The notes beneath the pieces are model-generated. The model was given only the letters and a program-made list of their open reading frames with translations, was not told where the DNA came from and made no database searches. From Podarcis liolepis (lineage: Eukaryota), in assembly GCA_965112155.1 (NCBI GenBank), contig OZ218098.1: a DNA stretch of 64,000 nt, one strand, 5' to 3'. Shown here in pieces: positions 1-12,400 of this stretch (within the stretch, counting starts at the first letter, position 1; the number at the start of each line of letters is the position of its first letter). The position numbers and the translations under genes are program-made.

Positions 1-49
1 ATGTATCAAAGACTGTCTGCTCAACATATTTGCAGTCTCGGTACTACAG
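1..49 (+). CDS. HIPK3: HIPK3 exon 2, 3' end (kinase activation loop); truncated by window start
   Basis: Frame from base 3 reads VSKTVCSTYLQSRYY(R), the HIPK/DYRK activation loop. Donor AG|GTATGT at 49/50, phase 2, joins 17262 to give YYR-APE. Confidence 0.95.
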
Positions 50-589
50 GTATGTAGCTTTCTGTATTTAATCATTTTTCTGCCCTCTGATTGGTATTTT
101 TAAAGCTTTGACTTTGCTCTAGTGCCTGCAGTTTACTAAATTGCATGCTAAGCATGTTGACTTGGATAAGTCTTGAATTGAATTATATTTTTCATTTCTC
201 CCTAGAATATTTACCCCATTAAACAGAGTGTAAATATTTTTGTTTTGGTTCTGCACAGAAGTCCTCATAAGCATAACTTCAGTTTAAGTGTCATGTGTAA
301 AACTGGACTATCTGACTTTAAAGTGGATTATGAGGTAATAGTCCAGAAGAGGTTATGCTATTTTTGAATTCTGCTTTGTAAAGCACAATTCAGAATATGT
401 CCTTTGTGTGCGCAAGATGGCCTGGGAGAGAGAGAAAAGTTGATATAAACCTGATTTTATCATATAGTCACCTTATAGCTAAATCTTTGGTTGAAGGGAT
501 ATGAATTCAGCAAACATACATGTTACCTCTTGAAATTTGAGAGTACCTTTTATTTTGTGTAGTAACTATTATGCAGATATTGTGGGTGA

Positions 590-834
590 TATCCAGTGGT
601 GCCTTCCAGCAACTCCTGCAGCCAAACCAATGCCAAACCTTTTGCCCTACATTCCTTTGGACCACATCAGCGAGACTGAGAGAGGGGTCTTGTCATCTGG
701 GCAACCCAGGACCGTCATACACATTGCTCAGGCTTGTGCCCCAGGGAGGTCACTTTGGTGCTGCTAATGCAGCGGTTTGACTTAACCCACAGAGGCGCAC
801 TCCATTGTCTCTTGAGACAGATGGATGCCAACAA
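590..834 (-). mobile_element. RTE-related retroelement 5'-end fragment
   Basis: Minus strand begins GGCATCCATCTGTCTCAAGAGACAATGGAGTGCGCC (hairpin); a second short copy lies at 58802-58846. Family assigned from recalled consensus. Confidence 0.45.
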
Positions 835-866
835 GTGTCAAAGGTTAGTCACAACTCAGTGTAGAC

Positions 867-950
867 CAGGTGTAGGCAAACTTGGCCCTCCAGATGTTTT
901 GGGACTACAACTCCCATCATCCCTAGCTAACAGGATCAGTGGTCAGGATG
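867..950. mobile_element. Truncated hAT-type MITE
   Basis: CAGGTGTAGGCAAAC end plus CCAGATGTTTTGGGACTACAACTCCCATCATCCC; related pieces at ~49660-49782, ~52450-52495 and ~55105-55232. Confidence 0.65.
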
Positions 951-1542
951 AAGTATTGAAGACACAGCTCTGTTAGATTCCTCATCAGCAGACCTGATGT
1001 ACCTGGAGTTGACTATGGAGAGATTTTTTCAGTCATAGCACAATCTTTATAGAATCATCCCTACTCTGCACTAAGGCAAGTGGCAACACTGGCGTTTCAG
1101 TGATTGCTAAATCTCATTAACATTTTTTCCATGGCTGTTAGTATCAAATGGTTGAATTCATCTGTTTTATTTCTGCTCTGGCCTGTTGACTAGTGTGTTA
1201 TATTCTATTGTAATTTTAACATATTTATTCTATACTGCTTTTTCACTTCAAATGAAAGGCAGTGGATACATATTTTAAATAAAAACAGTAACTGCTGTAT
1301 AACAATATGGAATAAAACATTTCAATTGCTCAAAAGTGCTATATGAAGGATGACTAGATATCTCTGAATGTAAAGTGGGGTACTTGAAAACTGAGGAAGT
1401 TCATGAACTTGGATATCTATATAATGCTGACAGAAAATATTTTAGTTATCTCTCTTCAGTCTTGCTGTCAGCTTCGTGAAGCAGGTACATATGAAATCTA
1501 TAGCTAGCAAGGGGCCTAGTGGAGCCGTGCTGTTCCTGACGT

Positions 1543-1617
1543 ACATCTGATGAAGTGGTCTGCAATCCCTGAAGGCTTATGCCATAATAATGCTGTTGGT
1601 CTTTTAGATTCCACAAG
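1543..1617 (+). mobile_element. Penelope/Neptune-like terminal fragment with degenerate hammerhead motif
   Basis: ACATCTGATGAAGTGG...GAAGGCTTATGCCATAATAA...TGTTGGTCTTTTAGATTCCACAAG resembles the recalled reptile Penelope-like terminus. Confidence 0.6.
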
Positions 1618-1908
1618 CGCAACAGTCTAACAAGGGTACACCTCTGGAAATCTGCGTATTTTCTGGACCATATGTGTCTTACCTGGCAATACATGTTATC
1701 TGCAGGAGTTCTGTTTGGTTTTTTTTAAACTTGAAACCATGCTAATTTAGTTTTCTGTTTTTTAAAGCTGTAAAAATTATTTCAAATTCCTGAGTACTAG
1801 AATGAGATGTTCAGGATCCAGCTTCAGATGTTTTGAACCACTAGTGTTATCAGGAGAGAGCAACATATTTTGTTTTATACAAATATTTATATACAAACTA
1901 TTTATGTA

Positions 1909-2132
1909 CAGTGGTACCTCGGGTTATGGACGCTTCAGGTTACAGACACTTCAGGTTACAGACTCCGCTAACCCAGAAATAGGGTTAAGAACTTTGCTTC
2001 AGGATGAGAGCAGAAATCGCGCAGCGGCAGCGGGAGGCCCCATTAGCTAAAGTGGTACCTCAGGTTAAAAACAGTTTCAGGTTAAGAACAAACCTCCAGA
2101 ACGAATTAAGTTCTTAACCCGAGGTACCACTG
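1909..2132 (+). mobile_element. Tigger/pogo-like MITE family A, copy 1
   Basis: TIRs CAGTGGTACCTCGGGTTA...TAACCCGAGGTACCACTG; TA on both sides. Confidence 0.92.
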
Positions 2133-3658
2133 TACTTGTTTGGTGACTAGGATTAGATTAAAGATGACACAGCCAAGGTTAGTTGATAATTTTAAAAATA
2201 AATCTGTTTTATGGTCAAAACTGTACTTGGAGGACTGATAAATGAATATCGTAAAGTTGAGTCTTAAGACAGTTCCCCAAGGGGAGAAATTCGGTGTGGT
2301 TAGGCTAAACATTCTGATAATATTTCATGTTAAAGCACAGCAGACATTGTTAAAGCAGATAAGCAGGTGTTTTTACATTTCTAGCTGCATTATTAGTTCC
2401 GAAACCAAATATATTTCTACATGTGGTATGCTATATATAGTATTTCTGAGCAAAAGCTGCTGCCTTTCATATTTTTCCATCTTGTCACATGCTGATATGA
2501 TTTAGCTATCTTTTTATAAGTGAACATTTCCCACAACCCTTGATTTAGCTGCTGTTCAAGGGATACTGTGAAATTATGTATATTCGTGTTGTATAAGTGG
2601 AAATACATAGTTCTGACCATATTCTACTCATTGATGAAAGAAGCAGCGCATGAGAACCAGAACAAGATTCCTCTGTAAACAACTTGAGCTGGAATGTGGC
2701 CTCAGATGTTATTCTATCACTTTGAACTGTGCATCACTGAAATGTTGTGGGGGATATCTTAAAATAGGCAGGGGGTGGTGGCCAGAAACTGTTGACTACT
2801 ATAGATGGTGAGGCTGTTTCGCTGGTGCAGTGAAATAAGCCAGAAGTACATGCTGCTAAGTGCGTTCATTTGCTCAAGGTCAGCATGCTCTAAGTCAGCT
2901 GCTATGCTTTTAAGCCTAGTTACTGTTAGGGAAGAGGCAGGGGCTACTACATGAATTAAAGGCAGCTTTTTAAGATAAGGGCTGAATTTCAGCAGACAAA
3001 TTCAGCATACAGGAAATTTTGGGGTGGCGTTTGTGTGTGGTTGGCTTGGTTTTTTTCTTTTTTAGTTGAAGCCCAAATTATGTGGATTGGTTCTACTGTT
3101 CAGCTGGCTGGTGTCGATGTAAACAAACTGTGAATTGTAATTACCAAGCATGCTGCTGCTTGGCAGTTACTGTTTAGCATTTGTGCTTTCTCAAGCAGAC
3201 AATTTGAGCTGACACCTTTTTAATTTTCCACTTTAGAACTATAAACCTCCTAGGGCATCCCCATACTTTTTCACTTGTGGTGGTATGTTTGTCCTGCCTC
3301 ATGTTAGAGTAGGTTTTGATCCTTTCAGACCACTCAGGTGGGTATCTACCAAATATTACATGCTTTTTAAAAGTTGATTTGCTGATACATTCATGTCCTT
3401 TTTCTGCATTGAGTCACTCTGTCTGGAGTTATCTCCTGCTGACCCAAGCAATCTTTCAAGTGGAATTCAGATATGGTTACATCAAGCAGCAATAGCATCT
3501 GGTATTCTTTTCTCTCTCTGTGTAGCTGTTAACTTTACTTCACTGGAGAGCTCAACTATTTCTTGCTGGTTATGCAAAAAACAAAATCTGTTCTAGGGAG
3601 GCTGTTGGGTTCTACAGTGCCACAAGCTGACTAGATTGTGTGTGATATATGCGTGGGG

Positions 3659-4010
3659 CAGGGGTCTGCAACCTTTAAGACAAAAAGAGCCACTTGGACC
3701 CGTTTCCGAAGAAAAAAAAACCTGAGAGCCGCAAAACCATTGCGACATTTAAAACAAATATAACACTGCATATATTGTTTCTTACCTTAATGTCCGATCT
3801 GACAGCGGGCGGGAAGGTGACGTTGGAACAGTGCGTGACTAACGCACGCACCGCCCCCATGCGACGTCACAGCCAGTACAGCGCCCGCCACAGTGGGGAG
3901 TGTCAGGGCACACAATGCGCCTCCTCCCCTCGCTAGTATCCGCCCCGGAGCCGCGGCAAAGGTGTAAAAGAGCCACATGCGGCTCCGGAGCCGCGGGTTG
4001 CAGACCCCTG
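3659..4010. mobile_element. hAT MITE
   Basis: Perfect 15-bp TIR CAGGGGTCTGCAACC; 8-bp TSD GCGTGGGG/GTGTGGGG; CpG-rich interior suggests a young insertion. Confidence 0.92.
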
Positions 4011-4994
4011 GTGTGGGGTCTGTGGCATTCCCTGGAAAACAACAGTCAATAAGACCTGATGCTGGTTTCTTAGCATAAGGACAATATTTTCTCTTGAGTA
4101 ATCTTGCTATCCACAAGCCAAACCCTATGCTATGTACTTCAAATTCTGTTCATTTCAGCTGCTTGTATGATTAGCAAGTGAGGCTTGTTGTCTTGGTTTC
4201 CTCAAGTCATTTCTCTTCTTGAGTCTAATACTGTGCTTGACAAGAGTAATCTGTTCCATAATGATTCAGTAGTGAGTATTCAGGGATTTACCCTCTTCTT
4301 AGTCACGAGTAACTGGGAACTCAAGAAGATATCTCAACTTCTAGAAATTTGTGTGGATAGGGAAAAGTCATTTTCTCCCTTCCCTCTGGCCCATCGTAGT
4401 CTGTCTTGCCCTTTCAACCAACCACTACCTCAATTATGGTGACTTTTATTTACTTATTGCTAAAACTGATTACTAGTCCATTGGCTATCCATTTGTCATT
4501 TTATTGACAAGTCAAAATGTAATGCATCACTGGAGCTGAATTGAAAAGACTGAAATGTAAAACTTTTGAATTTTAAGACTGAAATGTGTAACATTGCTAA
4601 AACCAGTCTCCTTTTTTGAAAGTTTGATGATAACTGTTCCTGCTTGAAAAACAAGACTTTGCAGGATCCACAAACCTAGACCTGCCAGCCCAACATATAT
4701 TTTAATGTCAACAAACACAGAGACACTAGGCAAGAATGGTCTGGTAGATTGTAAATCTTTCAAAAAACAAAAGGCTCTTGAGTAAAATTAAGCCTGGAGT
4801 AAGGATGTGGGTTCTGTCACTTGTTGGGAACTCATCATCACTTTCTTATTACTAAAATAAATACCATATACTGTAGATGCTACTTAAACTTTGATGGTGC
4901 AGTCTTATACAGTTTCTTCAGAATTAAGCACCTCAGTGGTCAATAGGACTTAAACTCAGATAAGTTTGTATAGTATTGTAGCCTTAGTAAGATA

Positions 4995-5220
4995 CAGTGG
5001 TACCTCGGGTTAAGTACTTAATTCGTTCCGGAGGTCTGTTCTTAACCTGAAACTGTTCTTAACCTGAAGCACCACTTTAACTAATGGGGCCTCCTGCTGC
5101 TGCCACGCCGCCGGAGCACGATTTCTGTTCTCATCCTGAAGCAAAGTTCTTAACCCGAGGTACTATTTCTGGGTTAGCGGAGTCTGTAACCTGAAGTGTA
5201 TGTAACCCGAGGTACCACTG
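4995..5220 (-). mobile_element. Tigger/pogo-like MITE family A, copy 2 (inverted)
   Basis: Same TIRs and TA TSD; interior is the reverse complement of copies 1 and 3. Confidence 0.92.
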
Positions 5221-5846
5221 TAATATTTAGCAAATCAGCATTAGCAGTTTTGAATGTGGTTGTAAAATTCAGTCATTAAAAAAAAAATTAAGTGATGTGT
5301 ATTAATGTTAAAACTAATCACTGAATGCATTTGAAGGCAATATGGACTTAAACCCTGGTTTAGTGTCACAAAAATGAGCCTAGCCTCCCACCTGTACTTG
5401 TGCTCCCTTTTTTCCCACCTCTTCCTCCAGCATGACACAGAGGAGGAGTTTAGAAACCTTTGCTTTTAGTTGGCCATTACTTCCCATGTTGTCCAAACCC
5501 AAAATTGTGAATTAACAAACCAACTCTAGACCTTGGATTAGGAACCTCACTTTTTAATACTGACCTTAATTAGTGTTAAGACACAATTCACTGCTGCAAG
5601 TATGATGGTCACCACTTTATTTGGCTTTAAAAGAGTATTAGGTAGATTTTAGTGGAGGATAGACCTCCATGATAGCTCAGCAAAGACTCTCATAAACTAT
5701 TTCAATGTAGAGCCCAATACTGTACCTTTCAGGTATACATGTTCCCATGAAGGAGGGCCTGTGTGTAGCTTGAAATATGTTGGGTTTTTGGTTTTTAATT
5801 TAGTTGTCTGGAGATTTCCACTGGCTGGTTTGTGCCACTTTTGTTT

Positions 5847-6030
5847 TGGGAGCTCATAGTAGAGCATCCACGTTGCATGCAGAAGTCCAAAGTTCAATCC
5901 CTAGCACCTCCAGGTAGGGCTGGGAATGTACCCAATCTGGAATTCTGGAGAGTTGCTACCAGTCTGCGTAGATAATTCTGAGCCAAATGGACCAATGATC
6001 TGCATAAGGCAAATTCCATTGTTCCCATGT
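5847..6030 (+). mobile_element. tRNA-derived SINE (Squam2-like)
   Basis: GTAGAGCATC...TTGCATGCAGAAG...GTTCAATCCCTAGCACCTCCAGGTAGGGCTGGGAA with B box GTTCAATCC; degraded relatives at ~24630-24830 and ~48275-48322. Confidence 0.7.
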
Positions 6031-6852
6031 CTTCTTGGTCCATGTTGGAAATGGGATACTGGATAGGTGGGCTGGTTCATCAAGGCTGTTTTTAATGGCT
6101 AACAATACAAGTTAGGAATTGCTAATTTACAAGGGCCTTGGTGGGAGGAGCTGCTTTTAAAAGTTCCGTTTTAATGCTCATTTTTTGGGTGGCAAACCTT
6201 CACTTTGAGAGAATAACATGCTTAGGAAGACCAGCAGTATTTAAGCATGATTGCATACTGTCAAGTGTTTCAGCAAGTCAAATTATATGTGTGTAAGTTT
6301 TTTGGGTCAAAATCTGTTTGTCAGAAATGTTTGTTGGCAAAGAGAAGATGGTTTGCCTTACCATAGTTTTGATATTGACACTGGGGCATGCATACAGCCC
6401 ACCCTGTTGGTACACTCTTACCAAGGTCCCTGGTATATTGGGTTGATTACATCTGGCCCTAATGCAACTTTCCTACGTTCAGGGGCATGTAGTCTGTAGG
6501 GACCTCCTGCCTCTGTATGACCATGTTGGATTGCAGGAACTAATTTGTTCTGATGTAAGATTGCAAGCACCAATTTGCCTACATTTGGTTTTTAAATTAC
6601 TGAGTAGGTTGGTCCAGGAGGTCAGAAACACAGCAGCCATGACATTATACAATGTGCCCAGGGCTGGCCTCTATGAAATTTTACCTCTTGTCGTATGGCT
6701 GAAAGGCTTCCAACTTTTGGGAAAAGACAGTAACAGAGTAAAATAATTTGCTTGCATCACTCTGTTATCTCAGATTTGTTGTTACTCTGTGTTATAATTC
6801 TATTAACAGTCAACCAGTATTTGGCCAGGCAGTGTGATCTCTTTTAGAAGTA

Positions 6853-6856
<4 letters not shown>

Positions 6857-6896
<40 letters not shown>
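6857..6896. repeat. (GAAA)10 microsatellite
   Basis: Direct count. Confidence 0.97.
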
Positions 6897-6898
<2 letters not shown>

Positions 6899-6969
6899 GG
6901 TGTAGATTTTTAAATAAATACATCTGGACATACGTTTTCACATGTTGCATGCCTTTATCTTGTTCAGTA

Positions 6970-7211
6970 CAGTGGTACCTCGGGTTACATACGCTTCAGG
7001 TTACATACGCTTCAGGTTACAGACTCCGCTAACCCAGAAATAGTACCTCGGGTTAAGAACTTTGCTTCAAGATGAGAACAGAAATCGTGCTCCGGCGGCG
7101 TGGCGGCAGCGGGAGGCCCCATTAGCTAAAGTGGTGCTTCAGGTTAAGCACAGTTTCAGGTTAAGAACGGATCTCTGGAACGAATTAAGTACTTAACCCG
7201 AGGTACCACTG
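6970..7211 (+). mobile_element. Tigger/pogo-like MITE family A, copy 3
   Basis: Same TIRs and TA TSD; internal tandem GGTTACATACGCTTCA. Confidence 0.92.
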
Positions 7212-8959
7212 TACTGAGTCTGCCACTGCTGTGGTAATATTATGATGTTTCCTTCTATAGGTAAGGAAGCAGAATAGTTTGTAAAAATATAGCCTACTGG
7301 CAGGCAGGTGAATAATTATTTGTTTTAGTAGGCTTGTATTTTTGACTGAAGTTTTCAAAGCAGCTCGCATTATAAAAATTCAATGAAGGATGCCAAAAGT
7401 TTTGTAACAAAGTTTAGGCAGCTCAACTGGAGAAGGAGCAAGCTCCTGACATTTTTTCTGTCTGTCTGCCTGCCTCCCCCTCTTCCTCCTGGAATCCTTC
7501 CCACATGGCAGATAGCGTTGTGGCAGGTGAGGGGATAGGCCAGTTGTTTGATTTTCGTATGCTTGACTGTCGCAAGAAGACATTCTAAGGTGATGTCATA
7601 GGTCCATAAGCTTTCCATTGTGTGTCTGTATGTGTTTGATGGGTAGGGGATAGGATAGGATTCAGTTTGGTTCCTTTGTTAGTGAGTTTAATGATATCCT
7701 CAAAGAGAAAATAATTAGACACATTCATAACTAACAGTTGTAATTGGGAGCTAATGTGCTGTACTGAAAAGACAAATGATGTATTCGGATCTTTTTAGGA
7801 ATGCTACACAGCTAGAGAAAATCAATTTAGAGAATTAAACAGAGACTAGCTGGCAACAATTAAGACTCTCAAATGCATTTTAGACACAGAATTGCTATTG
7901 TAATTCCATTATAGGTGAAGGGTAAGCATTGGCAGCTGAAGCATGGGGAAGCTGAAACAGGTAGTAAAGAAAGTTCAAATCACATGGCCAAATTCATGCT
8001 TTTATTCTCAATTTTTTTTGCTAAATTTGAAACAATGTTTTGCCAGGTAATTTTGTATTTATAGCCTTACATTACTTATGTAAATTAAATACAATTTTGT
8101 AGCTTGCAGAATACTTGCAGAATTTGAGGGTTTGGGAGAAAGCGTAGCTTCACTGTAGGGGTGAGAAATATGCATCAATGCAGAGTATGGGAAGAGGATA
8201 CGTGGAAGAAACAGAATAGCTAGAAAGGACAAAGAATCCCTGTCTTTTGAGAACTCTGGAGATTTATTTGTTTGTTGTTTTGGCTTTCTAGACACTATAT
8301 GTCAACATCCAACATGGCATCCATGAGAGTTAGGAGCTTGGCATGTAGTACATAATCCACTTAATTTAGAGTTTTTCATTTGAGCCTAGGGGACTGCTTC
8401 ACAGTAAATAGCTTGTATATTTCAGCTTTATGTCTTCAGTGACTGCTTGACAGTCTAAGGAATACACATTTGTATCAGAAGCGGGGTGTTGTCTTGTGCT
8501 TGTTTGGGAGCAAAAGCTCTTACTTAGCAGGCAAAAGCGGCTGCTGGCCAAGTAATGAAGCCAGATGTCTGTGGGAAGACCTGTGTGGCAGAAGAACCTG
8601 CCCCAGAAATTTCTGTTTTGCTGTCATATTTCATGCAAGGTGGGGTTTGCTCTTTCGTCACTGCCAAAATTGCCAGGACCTGAGCAGACTTCACACATTG
8701 GATGAGAGTGGAAGATGTACATGTGGAAGCCTTCCTGTTCTGAGACTGTAAACCACTTTACAACTGTCAGCTTTCAAGATGTAAGGCTGACTCTATTTGA
8801 ATATTGTTGTCTGCATCAACATTAGACATTCCAGGTATGCTCAGAAGCATACAGAGAATTGGGAACTTAGGAAGAGTGTTCAGCTTTAGCCAGTGCTTGC
8901 GTTCTCTTCCTGCCCAGCTTGGTTAGTGTGGGAACTGGGATATGTTTGATTTGATTATC

Positions 8960-9170
8960 TGTTTATTGCCTCTATAGCTCAACTTCCCTCCAAGGAGCTC
9001 AAGGTGGCATACACTGTTCTCTTACCCATTTTGTCTTCACAACAACCCTGCAAGGTAAGCTAGACTGAGAGGCAGTGATTGGCCAAAGATCACCAAGTGA
9101 CCTTTATGGCTTTGTGAAGTTTTTAATCCTGGCCTGGCAGGTCACAGTCTAGCACCCTTAACCACTACAC
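8960..9170 (-). mobile_element. CORE-SINE (Squam3/MIR-like), interrupted at its 5' end by a hAT MITE
   Basis: Minus strand GTGTAGTGGTTAAGGGTGCTAGACT (tRNA A box) and CORE-like CTTACCTTGCAGGGTTGTTGTGAAGACAAAATG. Confidence 0.75.
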
Positions 9171-9419
9171 CAGGGGTCAGCAAACTTTTTCAGCAGGGGG
9201 CCGGTCCACTGTCCCTCAGACTTTGTGGGGGCCGGACTATATTTTCAGGGGGGAAATGAACAAATTCCTATGCCCCACAAATAACCCAGAGACGCATTTT
9301 AGATAAAAGGACACATTCTACTCATGTAAAAACATGCTGATTCCTGGACTGTCTGTGGGCCGGATTTAGAAGGCGATTGGGCCGGATCTGGCCCCCAGGC
9401 CTTAGTTTACCTACCCATG
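9171..9419 (+). mobile_element. hAT MITE family B, copy 1
   Basis: Ends CAGGGGTCAGCAAAC...GTTTACCTACCCATG; perfect 8-bp TSD CACTACAC (9163-9170, 9420-9427). Confidence 0.92.
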
Positions 9420-12400
9420 CACTACACCATTAGCAGACAAGATGATGGATGATGGTGGGGAAACTATCCATGGCTGGATGTTCTTTCAAGCTCTCAAAAG
9501 AAGTGTTCGGTTTTCCCAAATGCAGCACAGCTCATTTCAAATTGAGATGGGCTGATTTCACAGCACTCCTCTCTACATTAAACCAGTGGGATGTAAAGTG
9601 CCATTGATTTTGTTGAGGCTCAAGCATGCTTAATGTTTGCTGGTTTGTGCCTTTGAACCCTGTTGCTCTGTATTATGCCTTTTAAAACTGTTGATGAACA
9701 GTTGGATTTCATTTAATTAGCCAGACAGTCATGTGTCTCTTGAATATTCGTTGGACCAGGTTTTAAACTGCATTTGCAGAGCAATTTCATGATAAGCTTT
9801 TCTAATAGACATGCATACTGAATAGCGAAAACAGCTTGATAGGGTTGTTCTCGAAATGATGACTTGACAGTATCTCATAGCAGTGGAATCCGGCTATCAA
9901 TTGTGTGCTAATCCAGCTAAGTGGAGAGTCTTTCCTAGGAAAATACAGTAGTCATGTGAGCAAAATCATTGGTTGTAAAAATTGCTACCAGAAATGCAAA
10001 CATCATTTCAATGTATCTAGATGCAAATATTATATGCATTTTTGGGTAATGAACAAACCGTATTTCTGGATTGGTTTATTTATTTACCAAAATTTATATA
10101 CTTCTTGATTGTAAAAAAACAAACAGCTGCCCCCCCAAAGTTTACAAAAATATAAAGCATTAAAATTATTAAAATCATCTTTAAATGTATTCAGTTATTC
10201 TTTTATAGATCAAATTGACCATTGATTAATAAATTGCATTAGTGTGATTTTGTAAAAAATGGGATGCTTATTGGAGCATCCAATAAATTGAACTAATTGT
10301 CTTCATAAAACAATGGGTCAGATACTGTAATCGTGGGGGATCTTCCCCTAGGACTCCTGGCCCACAGTTGAAGGTGTGAAACAATTTTTAAAATCCTCCT
10401 CTTCCCCAAATCTCAAAGCCACACACTCTGTCTATCCAGCAGACACTCTTATCAGGTTAGGGAGGACTGCTTGAAACCCCTTAAGAACTGTCCTGTACCA
10501 TGTGGTAGCCAATTAGAATCATACATCTGTTCTGAGCATGCTCAGAGCTGTTTCCATGAAGGGCATATTTCATAGCTTTTAGCCTGTTCCGGTAACTAGA
10601 GAAGCAACAGGGAGCGTTACTTACTTTGCTTTTGTTTCGTTTAGTATTTGTTTTGTGACTTTGCTATAAAGAGAGAGAGAGCAGGTAAGCAATTTACAGT
10701 TGACACAGTGTGAGTTTCTTTCTATAATTAATAATATGTTTGCTTAATCATGCTGCATATAATTTTTTGAATTGGATTGGGAGGAACAATGGTGAATGGC
10801 TTGTGTATGCAACAAATGCCATATTAGCCATTTTCCTGCATTCACTTATTGAAAGTGGCTGTAGCTTCTGGGCAGTGCAGGTTGAGCCCCGTGCAGTTGG
10901 ATTTCCAGAAAAGGTGTGTGCATGTGCTTCCAACAAGCCCCTTCCCTAGCTTAAATTCAGGTTATCTTGAAGGCAGAATGGAGTAAAAAGCTGTTGCTAG
11001 TATTTCTTGCTACCTTTTTTTTTTTTGAGTGTCAGTGAATATTTGAAATGAAAAATCTGAGCTGTATGCCTGTCTCAGTATCACACTGACTCCAAATCAT
11101 TTTCCTTCCTTTCTTTTAAATATATTTTTATTGCTTTTCCAATATCATTGCAGTAACAGCCTCACTATAACAATACCAATTTTATCCAATTAATACCATT
11201 ATCAATGCCAATTATTTAAATGCCAAATTATACAATTTAACTAAACTGGACCCCTCACATGCTAGAGTTGATGAGTTCATTCTTCTACATTTTTTCTGCA
11301 TTCCAAAATTTTAATAATTCCCATTCCATTCCATTCAGATATAATACTCCCTTATATAACAGCTACAATTGTGATTTCAATTCATGTTGGTATAATAGGT
11401 AATTTATAAAGTTTCAAGTGGGAACTATGGCTGTAATTCTTATTCTTTTCTACCTCCTTTTTCACTGGAAAATGCTGTCCTTAATCTCAGACATAAGAGG
11501 CTGATTGTGAGTAGTCTAGTGTAAGCTACTCTGCACATGAGCAGAGATGATTACTTCACATTTTCAGGACTAAGCCATACATTGCAAATAGGTTCTGATG
11601 TGCTCCAGCTCAAATGAAACAATCATTTTTTGTCTATTGGTTGGAAAACTTGGTTCTTCTAACTTAGTGTTTTGGATAATAAAAGTAAAAATGATTTTTG
11701 TGGGGAGGAAAACTGCATGCTCCTTACCCTTGAAATGTTTTTCTGTTTGATTAGTTTTTTGGCAGTGGATGTGTAAGTGTAATCAGTACAGGAATTGAAA
11801 AACATGTCATGTGGTATGCTTACTTGCTAAATAAGAGACATGGAATCAATCTTGTCTGAATGAGAAACATACTAGAGGCCTCTTACATGTAAGGTCTTCC
11901 CCACTCTACAGATGTGCAGAGAAAAGCTTTTTGTTTATTTACTGAGGAGACAGTGACATTCTGGACACATGTATTAATCCTTTAACAAAAGTTTGGTTCC
12001 TGCAGGCCTCTGGGTAATCCAAGATGTTACTTTGTGGTGAGATCACGGATTGAGTGCACCTGTGTTATCTGGTATGAACTGGGCTCCAAAGCCACTATGG
12101 CAGCCCAGGTAATTGAAGGAAATGCCTTCGTGGTGAGAGAGCACATTTCTCTCTCAGTTCTGGAAATTTACTGACAGCCCAGTCTCTGATTGGCTAACTT
12201 GGCCACCATTTTTTTCTTGCTTGAGCACATGTCTGTGCTGTTTTATTCCTGTGGTATGGTGTCATTGCCTTGCCATCTATATCTAGGATATCTAGATATA
12301 TTTTTCATTCTAACTTGCATTCTCCCCCTTCCTATTTTCCAACAGTATTCTTTTATTAGTACTTTTTCTGAGCTGTGTTTTTTGCATTATTTTTTAACCA

